Of a stretch of 64,000 nt of DNA, positions 1 to 10,172 are shown one piece after another (the first letter of the stretch is position 1; every line of letters begins with the position of its first letter). The notes under the pieces are model-generated. The model was given only the letters and a program-made list of their open reading frames with translations, did no database searches and was not told the origin of the DNA. The position numbers were made by a program, and so were the translations under genes. Origin of the DNA: Fidelibacterota bacterium (lineage in GTDB: Bacteria; Fidelibacterota; UBA8477; JABMPR01); contig JABIFX010000062.1 of NCBI GenBank assembly GCA_018650445.1, positions 12,918-76,917 on the forward strand. The letters are read 5' to 3'.

Positions 1-1326
1 AGCCACATCCTCCAGGGTTGAATACAGACCAAAACTAGCTCTCACCATCCCTGCTTTGCGCATAAATTCTGGAGACATATTACCAAAATCGATTTCACCA
101 AACTCAGCTTCAAGATCGTAAGACATCATTTCCTTGACATAGGGATGGGCGCAAAAACACTGATTCCTCACCGCAATATTAAAGTAATCGTTCAATTGAG
201 CAGCCACCAGACCATGGTCCATTCCTCTAATGTTGAAGGAAATCGAAGCGGCCCGGGGACAAGCCTTCAGGTCAGAACCACCATAGATGAGAATTTCTGG
301 TATTTTAGACATCTCCTTGATGGCGGTTTCCAAAACTTCGTCTTCATCTTCCATCAGTATTTGCATACCAATTCGATCAAGAATTTCGATGGTGGTAGCC
401 AGGGCTATAGCTCCTGGGATATTGGGGGTTCCGGCTTCTTCTCGATCAGGAAATGTTTCTTTGACCTGGTAGCGATCTTCCAGGACGCGATCTACCATGC
501 CTCCACCAACTTCTTCAGGTTCAATGGCCAGCAGGTGGTCCTTGCGAGCCACCACAACCCCTGGTGATCCCGGCGTGTACGTTTTATGACCAGAGAAAAC
601 GAGGGCATCAATACAGGCGTCAGGGTCATCGGGAAAAAACATTTTTGTAGGGAGGTGAGCAACACTTTGGGCGCCATCCACCATGAGAAGGGCTCCATAT
701 TTATGGGCAAGGCGAGCGATATCATGAATGGGATTAATAATCCCAGTTACGTTACTTACAGCGGTAATGGAGACATAACTGACTTTGCCAGCACCATCAT
801 GGAGAGCTTCTTCCAATTTGGGTAGACTAATACACATCTGATTTTCATCAAGACCATCTACAGGTACATGATATACATGCTGCATATGCTTTCTATGAGG
901 TAAATCATTGGAGTGATGCTCCATAATGGAGATGATTGCTGTATCTTTCTCGGGATGTACATCTCGGAAGACACGCGCCATCCTGTTGATGCCCCCTGTG
1001 GTCCCAGAGCCTGTAAAAAAACAGGTATAAATATCGGGATCTGCACTTAGAAAGCTGAGTATCCTTTCATGAGCCCAATCGTAGGCAGCTGTGGAAATGT
1101 GCGCGGAATGATGGAGTTTGCTATGCGTATTGGAGTAGTGACTCATGAAATCTGCGGTTATCTGGGCTGTTGGACGAAGCATGAGCGAGCTGGCAGTTGA
1201 GTCCAGATATATCCGTCTGGTTTTCTCCCCTCCCACCGTCTGGTAGGTTGTATCTAAACCAATAAAGTCTGAACGAATCTTTTCGAGAAGTGCTTTGCCA
1301 GTTAAAGATTTTCCAGATGATCTCAT
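1..1326 (-). CDS. Class V PLP-dependent aminotransferase, cysteine desulfurase/selenocysteine lyase (SufS/CsdA-like) family; 3' end runs off the window
   Basis: Not in the ORF track because it has no stop in the window. Manual translation from ATG 1326 gives MRSSGKSL...RIYLDSTASS...MEHHSNDLP...VFSGHKTYTPG (PLP lysine)...IAVRNQCFCAHPY (catalytic Cys loop)...GMVRASFGLYST. Confidence 0.9.
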   Translation of the reverse strand, partial: MRSSGKSLTGKALLEKIRSDFIGLDTTYQTVGGEKTRRIYLDSTASSLMLRPTAQITADFMSHYSNTHSKLHHSAHISTAAYDWAHERILSFLSADPDIYTCFFTGSGTTGGINRMARVFRDVHPEKDTAIISIMEHHSNDLPHRKHMQHVYHVPVDGLDENQMCISLPKLEEALHDGAGKVSYVSITAVSNVTGIINPIHDIARLAHKYGALLMVDGAQSVAHLPTKMFFPDDPDACIDALVFSGHKTYTPGSPGVVVARKDHLLAIEPEEVGGGMVDRVLEDRYQVKETFPDREEAGTPNIPGAIALATTIEILDRIGMQILMEDEDEVLETAIKEMSKIPEILIYGGSDLKACPRAASISFNIRGMDHGLVAAQLNDYFNIAVRNQCFCAHPYVKEMMSYDLEAEFGEIDFGNMSPEFMRKAGMVRASFGLYSTLEDVA

Positions 1327-1356
1327 TCCTAAACTCCCAGTTGATATCTTATGAAT

Positions 1357-1371
1357 TGACTTGGAAAGTCA
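1357..1371. promoter_or_regulatory. Palindromic operator TGACTT-GGA-AAGTCA (GACT-N5-AGTC core, Rrf2/IscR-like) upstream of the desulfurase-family gene
   Basis: Perfect 6-bp inverted repeat about 30 nt upstream of ATG 1326. The core matches the IscR type-1 box spacing; the flanks match poorly. Confidence 0.35.
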
Positions 1372-1431
1372 TGCTAGAATATAGTCAGGCCCCTGCCTGA
1401 AAAAATATTTCTGTTCTTTATAATCCGTTCT

Positions 1432-1468
1432 AAAAAGCAGGAGGCCATCCAATGGACGGCCCCCTTGC
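1432..1468 (-). terminator. Intrinsic terminator after the first FG-GAP protein gene
   Basis: GC-rich hairpin GGCCGTCC-ATT-GGATGGCC on the minus strand, followed by CTGCTTTTT. Confidence 0.7.
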
Positions 1469-1489
1469 ACTCTATTTATATTGTGATGT

Positions 1490-4087
1490 CTATTTAATCA
1501 ACATCATTTTTACTATTTGCTCAGAACCAGCAGCAGTTATACGGGCAAAATAAATACCGGTTTCAACCGATTTTGAAGAAGCATCGGTACCATTCCACTG
1601 ATAGCGGTAGGTGCCTGGTACAAGTTCTGACTGCACGAGACTATTTACTTCTTGACCTAGAATATCATAAATCTTCAGGGTCACGAAACCATTAGCAGGT
1701 ATACCAAACTCAATGGTAGTTGTAGGATTGAAAGGGTTGGGATAATTCTGCTTCAATTGCAGTACTTCCGGCAGCTCAATACTCTCAACACTCAGGAATT
1801 GACCCGTGTAGAAGCCGGTTCTCTGGTTATTACCGCGGGCAGTTGACCAGGTCGGACCAAGATCGGAGAGCATTTTAAGATTGATAATGGTCAAATCATT
1901 GTTTGTCCCAACGATGATCTCCAGAGTACCGTCCTGACTTAAATCAGCCACGCTTGGAGTTCCCTGGACCGGTCCTGACATGGTTAGTGGGAATAGATCC
2001 AAGGCCGTGCCATCATGATGGAAGGCGTACAATTCTCCAGCGTTTGATCCAACGATAATCTCTGCTACACCATCACCATCAAGATCTGCAATAACTGGTG
2101 AACTATAACAGGCTCCACCAAGACTTTGTGGCCACCCCGTCACTGTATTACCTTGATAATCAAGTACATTGATGAGACCTGCGAGGGTTGTATAAATAAT
2201 CTCCATAAATCCATCACCATCGAAGTCATGTACAGCTGCAGTCGTACGAATACTGGCAGAAGAGATTCTGGTATTCCACAACAGGCTACCATCACTAGCA
2301 AGGGCATAAAAATATCCAGCATCTTGACCTGCTAATATTTCCAGTGAACCGTCACCATCTATGTCAGCAATAACAGGAGGTGCAGCAACATTGGTTACCA
2401 GATCTACTGGAAAACCACTCAATAGCTCACCATTTAGATTATAGGCGAAAATGCTATCACTCCAGGTACCAACAACAATATCTTTGCTACCATCGCCATT
2501 GATATCTGCTATGGCAACACCTGCAGACATTCTTCCACCATCAATAATGACAGGATAATTATCTACTGGGGTACCATCATGATGGACAGCCAGTAAATCA
2601 TAACCGTAACCGCCGGCGACTATTTCAAGATCTCCATCATTATCAAGGTCATCTAGCGCAGGCGTACCCATGAGGTAGCTTGAGGCTTCTGTGATAGCGC
2701 CCCCTGAGCCATTGTGTTGGATGACATGAATTTTGCGATCACGGGAAGTCACCACAACTTCCAGATCTCCATCATTGTCAATATCAGCAACAGCTGGAGC
2801 TCCAATAATCACATTTCCCGTGATATATGGAAAACCGGCCAACTCAGTACCTGCGAGTGTGAAGACGTGGACAAGACTATCGGTTCCAGCGACCACCACC
2901 TCATTGGTTCCATCACCATCAAGATCCACGACTGCATTTCCACCCAAAATCGGTTGAGAAACGCTTACTGGAAAATTGCTCTGAAACAGGTCAATACTCA
3001 CGGTAAGGGGCAAAATGACCTCATACGGATCCTCAGTGCTTTGATTGGCAACCATTCTCAAATTAAAACCGAAATCAGAGATATCGGGAGCATCCTCTGA
3101 TACCGTAAAGGCAAATTTATCGTTGAAATTTGTGACGATGTCACAGGACACAATCATATTGTAAAATCCCACACTATCTGTAACGGTAACATATGGATTC
3201 GTTGTAGACAGGTAGCCAGTGACGTCGAAGGCATTTACAAAACCACAGGCGTTGGTTACGGACACAGAGTATTCAGCAGATTCACCCGGGTTCAAGGTAC
3301 CGTCGCCATCATCTCCCATAATACTGAGATTGGTTGAAGGAATTGAGAAGAGGGGAAAAGTGATGGGTGAAATTTCACTCACATGAACTGTTGAGGCATT
3401 GAGTACAGTGTGGTCTAAACTCTGAACAAAGACTACGAGTCTGCAATCATCAGTTATATAACTAGGATCAACAGAAAAATTAACCACTTCAAGTGCTTGA
3501 ACACCTGCTTCCAGGGATATTGTAGTTCCTGAGGCATTTGGGAACATGTCTCGCATGACATGTTCATGATTTGGATAACCATTGGATCCCATGAAGTAGA
3601 GCCCATCCTGAACTAGAACTACATGAAGTTTATAGTCTCCACTGACACCTGCTTCAGGGGTCATAGCTACTACACAACTTCCATTGCCACTAGGATTATC
3701 GTAAATACCGAATAGATCTATGCTGAGAGGTGCCGATGTTGCAGCATTAGATGTAATTAGGTTTTGCCATGAATTGGTATTGACACCGTCTACCTGGATG
3801 TCAGGTACGGCATTCACTCCATAGTACTCGCGTCTTGTGGTAACGTCAGCGGGATTGTGCAGATTATAAGGATCTGTGGGTGAAGGCCAATTCACGTGGT
3901 AAGAAATTTGGGTGAACATATCTGGGTTATTTTGATAGAACACGTCTATCTGAGCCCCTGTTGGGCCGCAACCAGGTCAGCCTGCGTTGGTGAAATATTC
4001 CGTTAGGACCAATCTTTCGGCAGTATGCCCCAATGCGAATAACGCAAGCAGTATCATCACTACGCTTGCGAATCTGTTTTTGATCAT
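1490..4087 (-). CDS. Predicted secreted selenoprotein, 865 aa, Sec at codon 37 (TGA 3977-3979): signal peptide, Omp28-like thioredoxin-fold domain with UxxC, Ig-like domain, FG-GAP/VCBS repeats, FlgD-Ig/T9SS-like C-terminal domain
   Basis: RBS GGAGAG before ATG 4087. MIKNRFASVVMILLALFALGHTA-ERLVLTEYFTNAG-TGA-PGCGPTGAQIDV continues in frame into the 817-aa ORF. Omp28-like motifs YHVNWP, YGVNAVP and HEHVMRD; DxDGDG repeats; QNYPNPFNP tail. Confidence 0.85.
3950..3979 (-). promoter_or_regulatory. Candidate bacterial SECIS hairpin immediately 3' of the Sec UGA (paralog 1)
   Basis: UGA-CCUGGUUGC-GGCCC-AACAG-GGGCU-CAG: 5-bp stem at +10..+14/+20..+24, extendable across a bulged C, with a G-containing 5-nt loop. 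Confidence 0.5.
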
Positions 4088-4249
4088 AATCTCTCCAAGT
4101 TGAATTGTATTATGTGCCTGTGTAAAGCATGGCATAACATAGATAAAGGAGGGGGACTGTGCCACCACAAAGCTCTTCGTGAAAGAAACGTTAGTAAAAA
4201 TTAATTTTGAGATCCAAACTATCTGCGTATTGAATCATAAGTGGGTACT

Positions 4250-4283
4250 AAAAGAAGAAGACCATCCAATGGATGGTCTTCTT
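4250..4283 (-). terminator. Intrinsic terminator after the second FG-GAP protein gene
   Basis: Perfect 13-bp stem AAGAAGACCATCC-AAT-GGATGGTCTTCTT, with CTTTT following on the minus strand. Same CCATCCAATGGA core as the 1432-1468 hairpin. Confidence 0.8.
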
Positions 4284-4309
4284 ATGAAAAACTACAACGA
4301 GTTGATGAT

Positions 4310-6937
4310 CTATTTGATCAGTGTCATCTTTATAACTTGTTCGCTCGTAGTTGTTTGTATTTTTGCGAAGTAAATACCTGCTGCAACAGTATTACCTGAT
4401 CGATCCAAACCATTCCATTGTAAAGAATAACGCCCTGATGATAAAGTAGCATCAATCAGAGTAGTCACTTCATTGCCTCGTACATCAAAAATGGTCAACA
4501 TAGTTGCTGCCATCTCCGGTATACCAAACTCTATGGTTGTGCCCGGGTTAAAGGGGTTGGGATAATTTTGCTCAAGCGTTAACTGATCAGGAACTACCCG
4601 CTCATTGTGGGTTCCCACGAGGTTATTAGGAAGATAGCCTGTTCGTTGGAAATTCCCACGCGAGGTATACCAGAAAGATCCAGCTTCGCTAATTGCAGGC
4701 ATATCTACCACGCTAAGTCCAAGATCAGTTCCAAGCAGAATCTCCACATTCCCATCGAGATCAAGATCCTGAATGGTAGCTGCACAATGCACTCTGGCAC
4801 CCTGTGTCATAGGAAAGTTGGGCATAAGTGTTCCATCTATCTGGAAGGCGTACAAATCATTAGAGTCATCCCCAAGAATAATCTCAGGAATACCATCACC
4901 GTCAATATCTGCCAAAGTAGGCGGACTGTAACAGGTTGTGGCAAGACTCTGAGGCCACCCATCCAGCATGTTTCCAGCATAATCCAGAACATTAACGCGA
5001 CCCTCTGGAGATACATAAACAGTTTCCATCAGACCGTCCAGATTGTAATCAAATACTGCAAGGGCACTTAAAATCGGAATTGCTGCAAATTGGTGATTCC
5101 AGGTTACGACTCCAGTGCTTGAGATCGCATAAAGTTCACCCCCCAATTGACCTGTGATTATTTCAAGACTTCCGTTACCTGTTAGGTCGGTAATTACTGG
5201 AGGGGTTTTGATGCTTTGGCCTAAATCAATAGGAAATCCCTCCAGGCTGATACCACTGGCATTATAAACATGAATGAATCCTGCATTGGTACCGACGACG
5301 ATATCTTTGGATCCATCTCCATCAATATCAGCGATGGCAGGCGCTGCTTCCATGCGTTCACCATCTATGATAATCGGAAAACCTGTCAGAGGAGTACCAT
5401 CGTGATGGAGAGCGATTAGATCATAACCAAACCCTGCTACAACAACTTCCATATCACCGTCGTTGTCCAGGTCATCTATAACAGGAGTTCCCATAATTGG
5501 ACCGCTAGCCTGGGCGACTAATTCGCCAACTCCTTCATGGTCTATTATATAGATGCCACCATCGGATGTAGTGAAGACAATATCCAAGAATGAATCATCG
5601 TCTATATCTCCTACAGCTGGGGCTGTTGTGATTTTCCCTTCAGAAACAAAAGGGAACCCCGTCAATTCAACGCCAGCGGCAGTAATGGCATGAAGCAGGC
5701 TATCCACCCCGCCAAATATTACTTCTTGGGTTCCATCACCATTGAGATCTAGTACAGCGCTACCGCCTACAATCCCGCCCTCATAGCTGATGGGGAAATT
5801 ATTCTGGAACATATCAATCGTCACAGTGAGCGTCTTATTGGTTTCATAAGGATTCTCTGAATCCTGGTTCGCAAGAAGGCGTAAATTGAAGTCAAATTCA
5901 CTAACTCGTGGTGCCTCAGATGAAACTGTGAATGTAAATTTGTCTATGTCATTACTGGCTGTACTACATGGGGGCAGTGAACTGAATACACCTATGCTAT
6001 CACTAATACTGATTAAAGGGTTAGTACTGGATAAATAACCAGTTATGCCAGTGGCTTCAATCCAGTTACAACTGTTATCTATTGTCACATAATAATTGGC
6101 TGATTCACCTGGATTAAGTTTGTTGTCAGCATTGTCATCAAACAGGTCGATACTTGTAGATACTGTCTGGAGGTATGGGACATTGATAGGAGTAAACTCG
6201 GTCACATCAAAACTTGCTGTATTCAAGATTGATTTGTCAGAAGCCTCGACAAACACGACGAGACGACAGTTAGCAACTGCAAAATCCTGAGGTATTTGCA
6301 CGTCGACGGATACTGTTGCATCAACGGCTGCTTCCAAACTAATGGGAGTACCTACATACCCAGGGAACATATGGCGCATGACTGCATCATGATGAGGATA
6401 TCCATTGGATCCCATGAAGTACAAACTATCCTCAACCAAAACTACCTGGAGAGTGTATGCACCTGTCACACCTGCTTCAGGGGATAAAGTGATATCCAAA
6501 TTACCGACTCCTTGATAGTTCATATCTCCAGTTGCAGTTATTGAAAGGGGCGCAGTCGTTCCCGCTTGATTCAGGATTGCTGCTCCCCACACCGAAACAT
6601 CCTGGTTATCATTTAAACCATTGTTACCATCCACCGCAATATACGGAACCCAGTTGCTACCATTAGGATTAGGATAGGACTGTATGCGAGCTATTGGGTC
6701 GACAGTGTTATAACTATAATAAGGATCACTGCCAGGCCAAGACACATGGTAATGTATTGAAGTGAATGCTGATTCGTTACCTTGTCGGAAAACTTCCAAC
6801 TCTGCCCCTGCGGGACCACAACCAGGTCAGCCAGCGTTGGTGAAATATTCAACAAGCACCAGCCGCTCTGCTGAATGTCCCAGCGCAAATAGAGCCAGCA
6901 GTACCATCAATACTATTGTCAATTTGTTTTTGATCAT
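4310..6937 (-). CDS. Predicted secreted selenoprotein, 875 aa, Sec at codon 37 (TGA 6827-6829); paralog of 1490-4087 with the same domain architecture
   Basis: RBS GGAGAG before ATG 6937. MIKNKLTIVLMVLLALFALGHSA-ERLVLVEYFTNAG-TGA-PGCGPAGAELEV is in frame with the 829-aa ORF. YHVSWP, HHDAVMRH, FG-GAP repeats and QNYPNPFNP tail. Confidence 0.85.
6800..6829 (-). promoter_or_regulatory. Candidate bacterial SECIS hairpin 3' of the Sec UGA (paralog 2)
   Basis: UGA-CCUGGUUGUG-GUCC-CGCAG-GGGC-AGAG pairs in the same register as paralog 1 (G11-C23, U12-G22, C13-G21, C14-G20). Confidence 0.45.
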
Positions 6938-6999
6938 AATCTCTCCGTATTTTTTTTGAAACTGATTGATCTAGAAAACTATTGACTAAGATAGATAAG

Positions 7000-7031
7000 C
7001 AAAGGGCTTTGTGCCATCACAAAGCCCTTTG
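7000..7031 (-). terminator. Hairpin terminator after the RND operon
   Basis: Perfect 14-bp stem CAAAGGGCTTTGTG-CCAT-CACAAAGCCCTTTG, 40 nt after the RND stop. Confidence 0.75.
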
Positions 7032-7071
7032 TTTAACAATTTTAATAATCTGCAGCCCTAGGCTGAGGAGA

Positions 7072-10000
7072 CTATGTTGTACTCCCTAGCTTTTTTCGTT
7101 CTGCACGGCTCTCAATTAAGGAATATAAGACTGGGACTATGATGAGAGTCAGGAAGGAGGAAACTGCCAGACCAAAGATCAAACTGACTGCGAGGGGTCT
7201 CCAATATTCGGCTCCACCTGCCAGGTTCAAGCTTAAGGGAATCATACCTGCCAGTGTAGTTACGGTGGTGAGAATGATTGGGCGAAGTCTGTTCCTGCCA
7301 GCCTTAATTAAGGCTTCCCGCACCCGCATACCTGTCTTACGCAGATCGTTGACATAGGCGATAAGCACAATTGCGTCATTTACCACCACTCCCATGAGAG
7401 CTACCACACCAAAAAAGGCCATAATTCCAAATGGAACTCGGGTGACCATGAGACCAAAAATCACTCCAATAAATGAGAGCGGTATCGCCAGACCGATGAT
7501 CAGAGGTTGTTTGAAGGATTTGAACTGAGCACTCAGGATGATCATGATCACAACAAATCCGATCATCATGGCTCTACCAAGGCTTGCAAAAGATTCGGAA
7601 GCCTCGTCTTCAATCCCACCATAATCCACAGTAACACCGTTTGGTACTGCAAGTTTAGCCAGGAAGGGATCCATGTGACGTCGAATATCCGTGGCATCGA
7701 CACCCTTGGCCAGATCACAGGACACCGAGATGTTGCGCTTGAAATCCTGGTGCTTAATCAGGGTTTCACTACTGCCTAGCTCCAAAGAGGCGACATTTTC
7801 AAATGGTATCATCTGCCCCATCTGGTTCATGATGTTCAAATTTCGAATTGCATCGACAGCATCGTCGCCATCCGTTTTCAGGCGAACAACAACGGGAATA
7901 TCTTCGAGACCATCTGAGTAGGTCGTTGCCTCCAGACCAATCATCGCTGCAGCCAGGGTGTTGCTTACTTCCTGGCTGGATAGTCCATAATTCGCAGCAC
8001 GATCGTGATCAACAATAGCCTGGAACTCAGTTCTGCGTACACCCAGACTCGATTCAACATTCAAGGCACCTTCTACAGTCGCCAAATCTCGTTTTACCTG
8101 CTCTGCCACAAAACCTATGGCTTCCAGATCATCACCACTAATATCAATGATTACATTGCTGGCAATGGGTGGTCCTTCAACAATTGTTTGAAGCACGATT
8201 TCAACACCAGGTATACGCGAGAGATCTGCATCCATAATAGCCATGAGATCATCAACCGAAATATCGCGCTCACCGGTTTCTACCAGGTCCACATTTATCT
8301 GACCAATTTCGGCGCCTTTGCCACCTCCTTGAGCCAAACGCACATTCTGAACGCCACTCTCTCCAACCGTGGAAACAATTCTATCAACTTCTACAAAACC
8401 AATCAAGTATTCTTCAATTTCCTTGACTACAGCATCGGTATAATCGAGTTGACTCCCTGCAGGGGTGTTGATATCCAGAATAATCCTGGGTTTAGCAACC
8501 TTGGGGAAAATTTCCAATTTGACTAGCTTGGTATCACTGACAGCAGAAATTCCTACTGCAGCAATGGACATAAAGAAAACGACTGTAGCTCCAAGTATGA
8601 CCAGAATTCGGTGATTCAATGCCCATTTGACAATGCGAGTATAAGCACGCTTACCAGCCCACTCTCCACTGAGCAAGCCAGCGCGCTTTGTAACCATCAT
8701 CATTTTCGAAGCGAGAACTGGAATGAGGAAGTGATCAGCTAGAAATGCTCCAACCAGAGTGAATATGACCACTTTGGGAATCACGGATAAAAATTGGCCC
8801 ATGGTTCCTGACATATAAATAATGGGTGCGAAAGCCACCATGGTGGTCAACACTGAAGTCATAATGGGGATTCCCACTTCATCGATGGCCTGTAAAGCGG
8901 CAGCCTTGCGGCTAAGCCCTTCCTCCATATGTCGATAGGTCGATTCAGCCACAATGATGGCGCCATCCACCACAATACCCAGCACAATAATCAGTCCAAA
9001 CATAGAGATACCCGTGCGTGCCAGATCAAAGACATACATGAGGGGAAATGAAGACATGAGTGCAAACGGCAGCGCAATGGAGACGATAAGGGCGTTTTTA
9101 AAGCCGATTCCCGCAAAGAGAACAATGATGACGAACAAAATTCCCCAGGCAGCATTCTGGTTTAGCTGACTGTTCTGTCTTTCGATATCTGTGGCTTGTC
9201 TGGCAGTATAGGCATAATCCATTCCGTCAGGGAACTTTGCAGCCAGTTCGTCAACAACTGCTTCAATCTGCTCAGTAGCTTCCACAATGTGGGCACCGGT
9301 TCTTTTTGAAATGAGTAACGTCACACTATTCTGCTGCTGGTAGCGGGAATAACTTGATGGTATCTCAAAACCATCTGTTACCGTTCCTACATCACGAATA
9401 CGTTTCACATTGCCAGATGCATCAACGCCTAGAATAGTATTTTCTATGTCATTGATATCAGAATACTTACCTACGGTGCGTACAAATATGTCCTGGCCCT
9501 TCAGTTTGACAGTACCGCCGGGGAAATTCATATTGCTCCGGCGCAGCGCCATCATGATTTGCGGGATACTGAGATTGTTTGCCAGAAGCAAATTGGGATC
9601 AATATCGATGGCAATTTCACGCTCTTCACCACCAAACATCTCCACTTGATTCACACCGGATATGCGTGTGAGTTGATCCTTAATCAGCTCAGCTTGAATG
9701 CGTAATTCATGGGGTGAGAAATCTCCAAAGATATTCAGAATACTTATCGGTGTGTCGGCAAAATCGATATCTGTTACTGTAACATTATCTATTTCATCTC
9801 TGAGCTCAGGAATAGCCTCGTTTACTTTCTCCTTTAAATCATCTATACTTATATCAAGATCAGCTTCTGGAGAAAACTTGATGGTGATAAAACCGACATT
9901 TTGCATGGCATAACCCGTGATGTCATCAACATCCTGTAATTGTGCCAGTTTTTCCTCAATAGGTTTGAGAATCTCGGTTTCCACTTCAGAAGGTGCTGCA

Positions 10001-10158
10001 CCAACATAGGTTGCTGATACAAAGGCATAGGGAATTTCAATGACCGGAACCAACTCTAGCGGAAGAATCAAATACGTTGTTATACTGGCAATAAAAATGC
10101 CCAGTGAAGCAAAGATGATGGCCATGGGATGATTTATGGCCTGTTTTGAAATTTTCAT
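7072..10158 (-). CDS. RND efflux transporter permease (AcrB/SwrC-like)
   Basis: 1028 aa with 12-TM pattern; GIVVDGAIIVAE, GVVVNDAIVL and RLRPIILTTVTT motifs. Confidence 0.95.
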   Translation of the reverse strand: MKISKQAINHPMAIIFASLGIFIASITTYLILPLELVPVIEIPYAFVSATYVGAAPSEVETEILKPIEEKLAQLQDVDDITGYAMQNVGFITIKFSPEADLDISIDDLKEKVNEAIPELRDEIDNVTVTDIDFADTPISILNIFGDFSPHELRIQAELIKDQLTRISGVNQVEMFGGEEREIAIDIDPNLLLANNLSIPQIMMALRRSNMNFPGGTVKLKGQDIFVRTVGKYSDINDIENTILGVDASGNVKRIRDVGTVTDGFEIPSSYSRYQQQNSVTLLISKRTGAHIVEATEQIEAVVDELAAKFPDGMDYAYTARQATDIERQNSQLNQNAAWGILFVIIVLFAGIGFKNALIVSIALPFALMSSFPLMYVFDLARTGISMFGLIIVLGIVVDGAIIVAESTYRHMEEGLSRKAAALQAIDEVGIPIMTSVLTTMVAFAPIIYMSGTMGQFLSVIPKVVIFTLVGAFLADHFLIPVLASKMMMVTKRAGLLSGEWAGKRAYTRIVKWALNHRILVILGATVVFFMSIAAVGISAVSDTKLVKLEIFPKVAKPRIILDINTPAGSQLDYTDAVVKEIEEYLIGFVEVDRIVSTVGESGVQNVRLAQGGGKGAEIGQINVDLVETGERDISVDDLMAIMDADLSRIPGVEIVLQTIVEGPPIASNVIIDISGDDLEAIGFVAEQVKRDLATVEGALNVESSLGVRRTEFQAIVDHDRAANYGLSSQEVSNTLAAAMIGLEATTYSDGLEDIPVVVRLKTDGDDAVDAIRNLNIMNQMGQMIPFENVASLELGSSETLIKHQDFKRNISVSCDLAKGVDATDIRRHMDPFLAKLAVPNGVTVDYGGIEDEASESFASLGRAMMIGFVVIMIILSAQFKSFKQPLIIGLAIPLSFIGVIFGLMVTRVPFGIMAFFGVVALMGVVVNDAIVLIAYVNDLRKTGMRVREALIKAGRNRLRPIILTTVTTLAGMIPLSLNLAGGAEYWRPLAVSLIFGLAVSSFLTLIIVPVLYSLIESRAERKKLGSTT

Positions 10159-10172
10159 GAGGTAATCCTTCC

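Noticed and set aside
145-1046. Short ORFs listed in the track in the first 1.1 kb
   Set aside because: They are shadow frames of the minus-strand desulfurase-family gene. The many short ORFs overlapping other long genes were dismissed for the same reason.
3977-4168. 63-aa ORF as an independent small gene, and the track's starts at 3943 and 6799
   Set aside because: The RBS sits before ATG 4087 and the ORF is the signal-peptide portion of the UGA-interrupted gene. The downstream GTG/TTG starts would give exported-type proteins with no signal peptide.
3977-6829. Both FG-GAP genes being nonsense pseudogenes
   Set aside because: The same TGA occupies the same Cys-equivalent position in two diverged paralogs whose remaining 2.4 kb frames are intact; decay would be expected after inactivation.
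4150-7020. TGGCAC upstream of each selenoprotein gene as a sigma54 promoter
   Set aside because: No TTGN at the required GG-N10 spacing; the copy at about 7011-7016 is part of a terminator hairpin.
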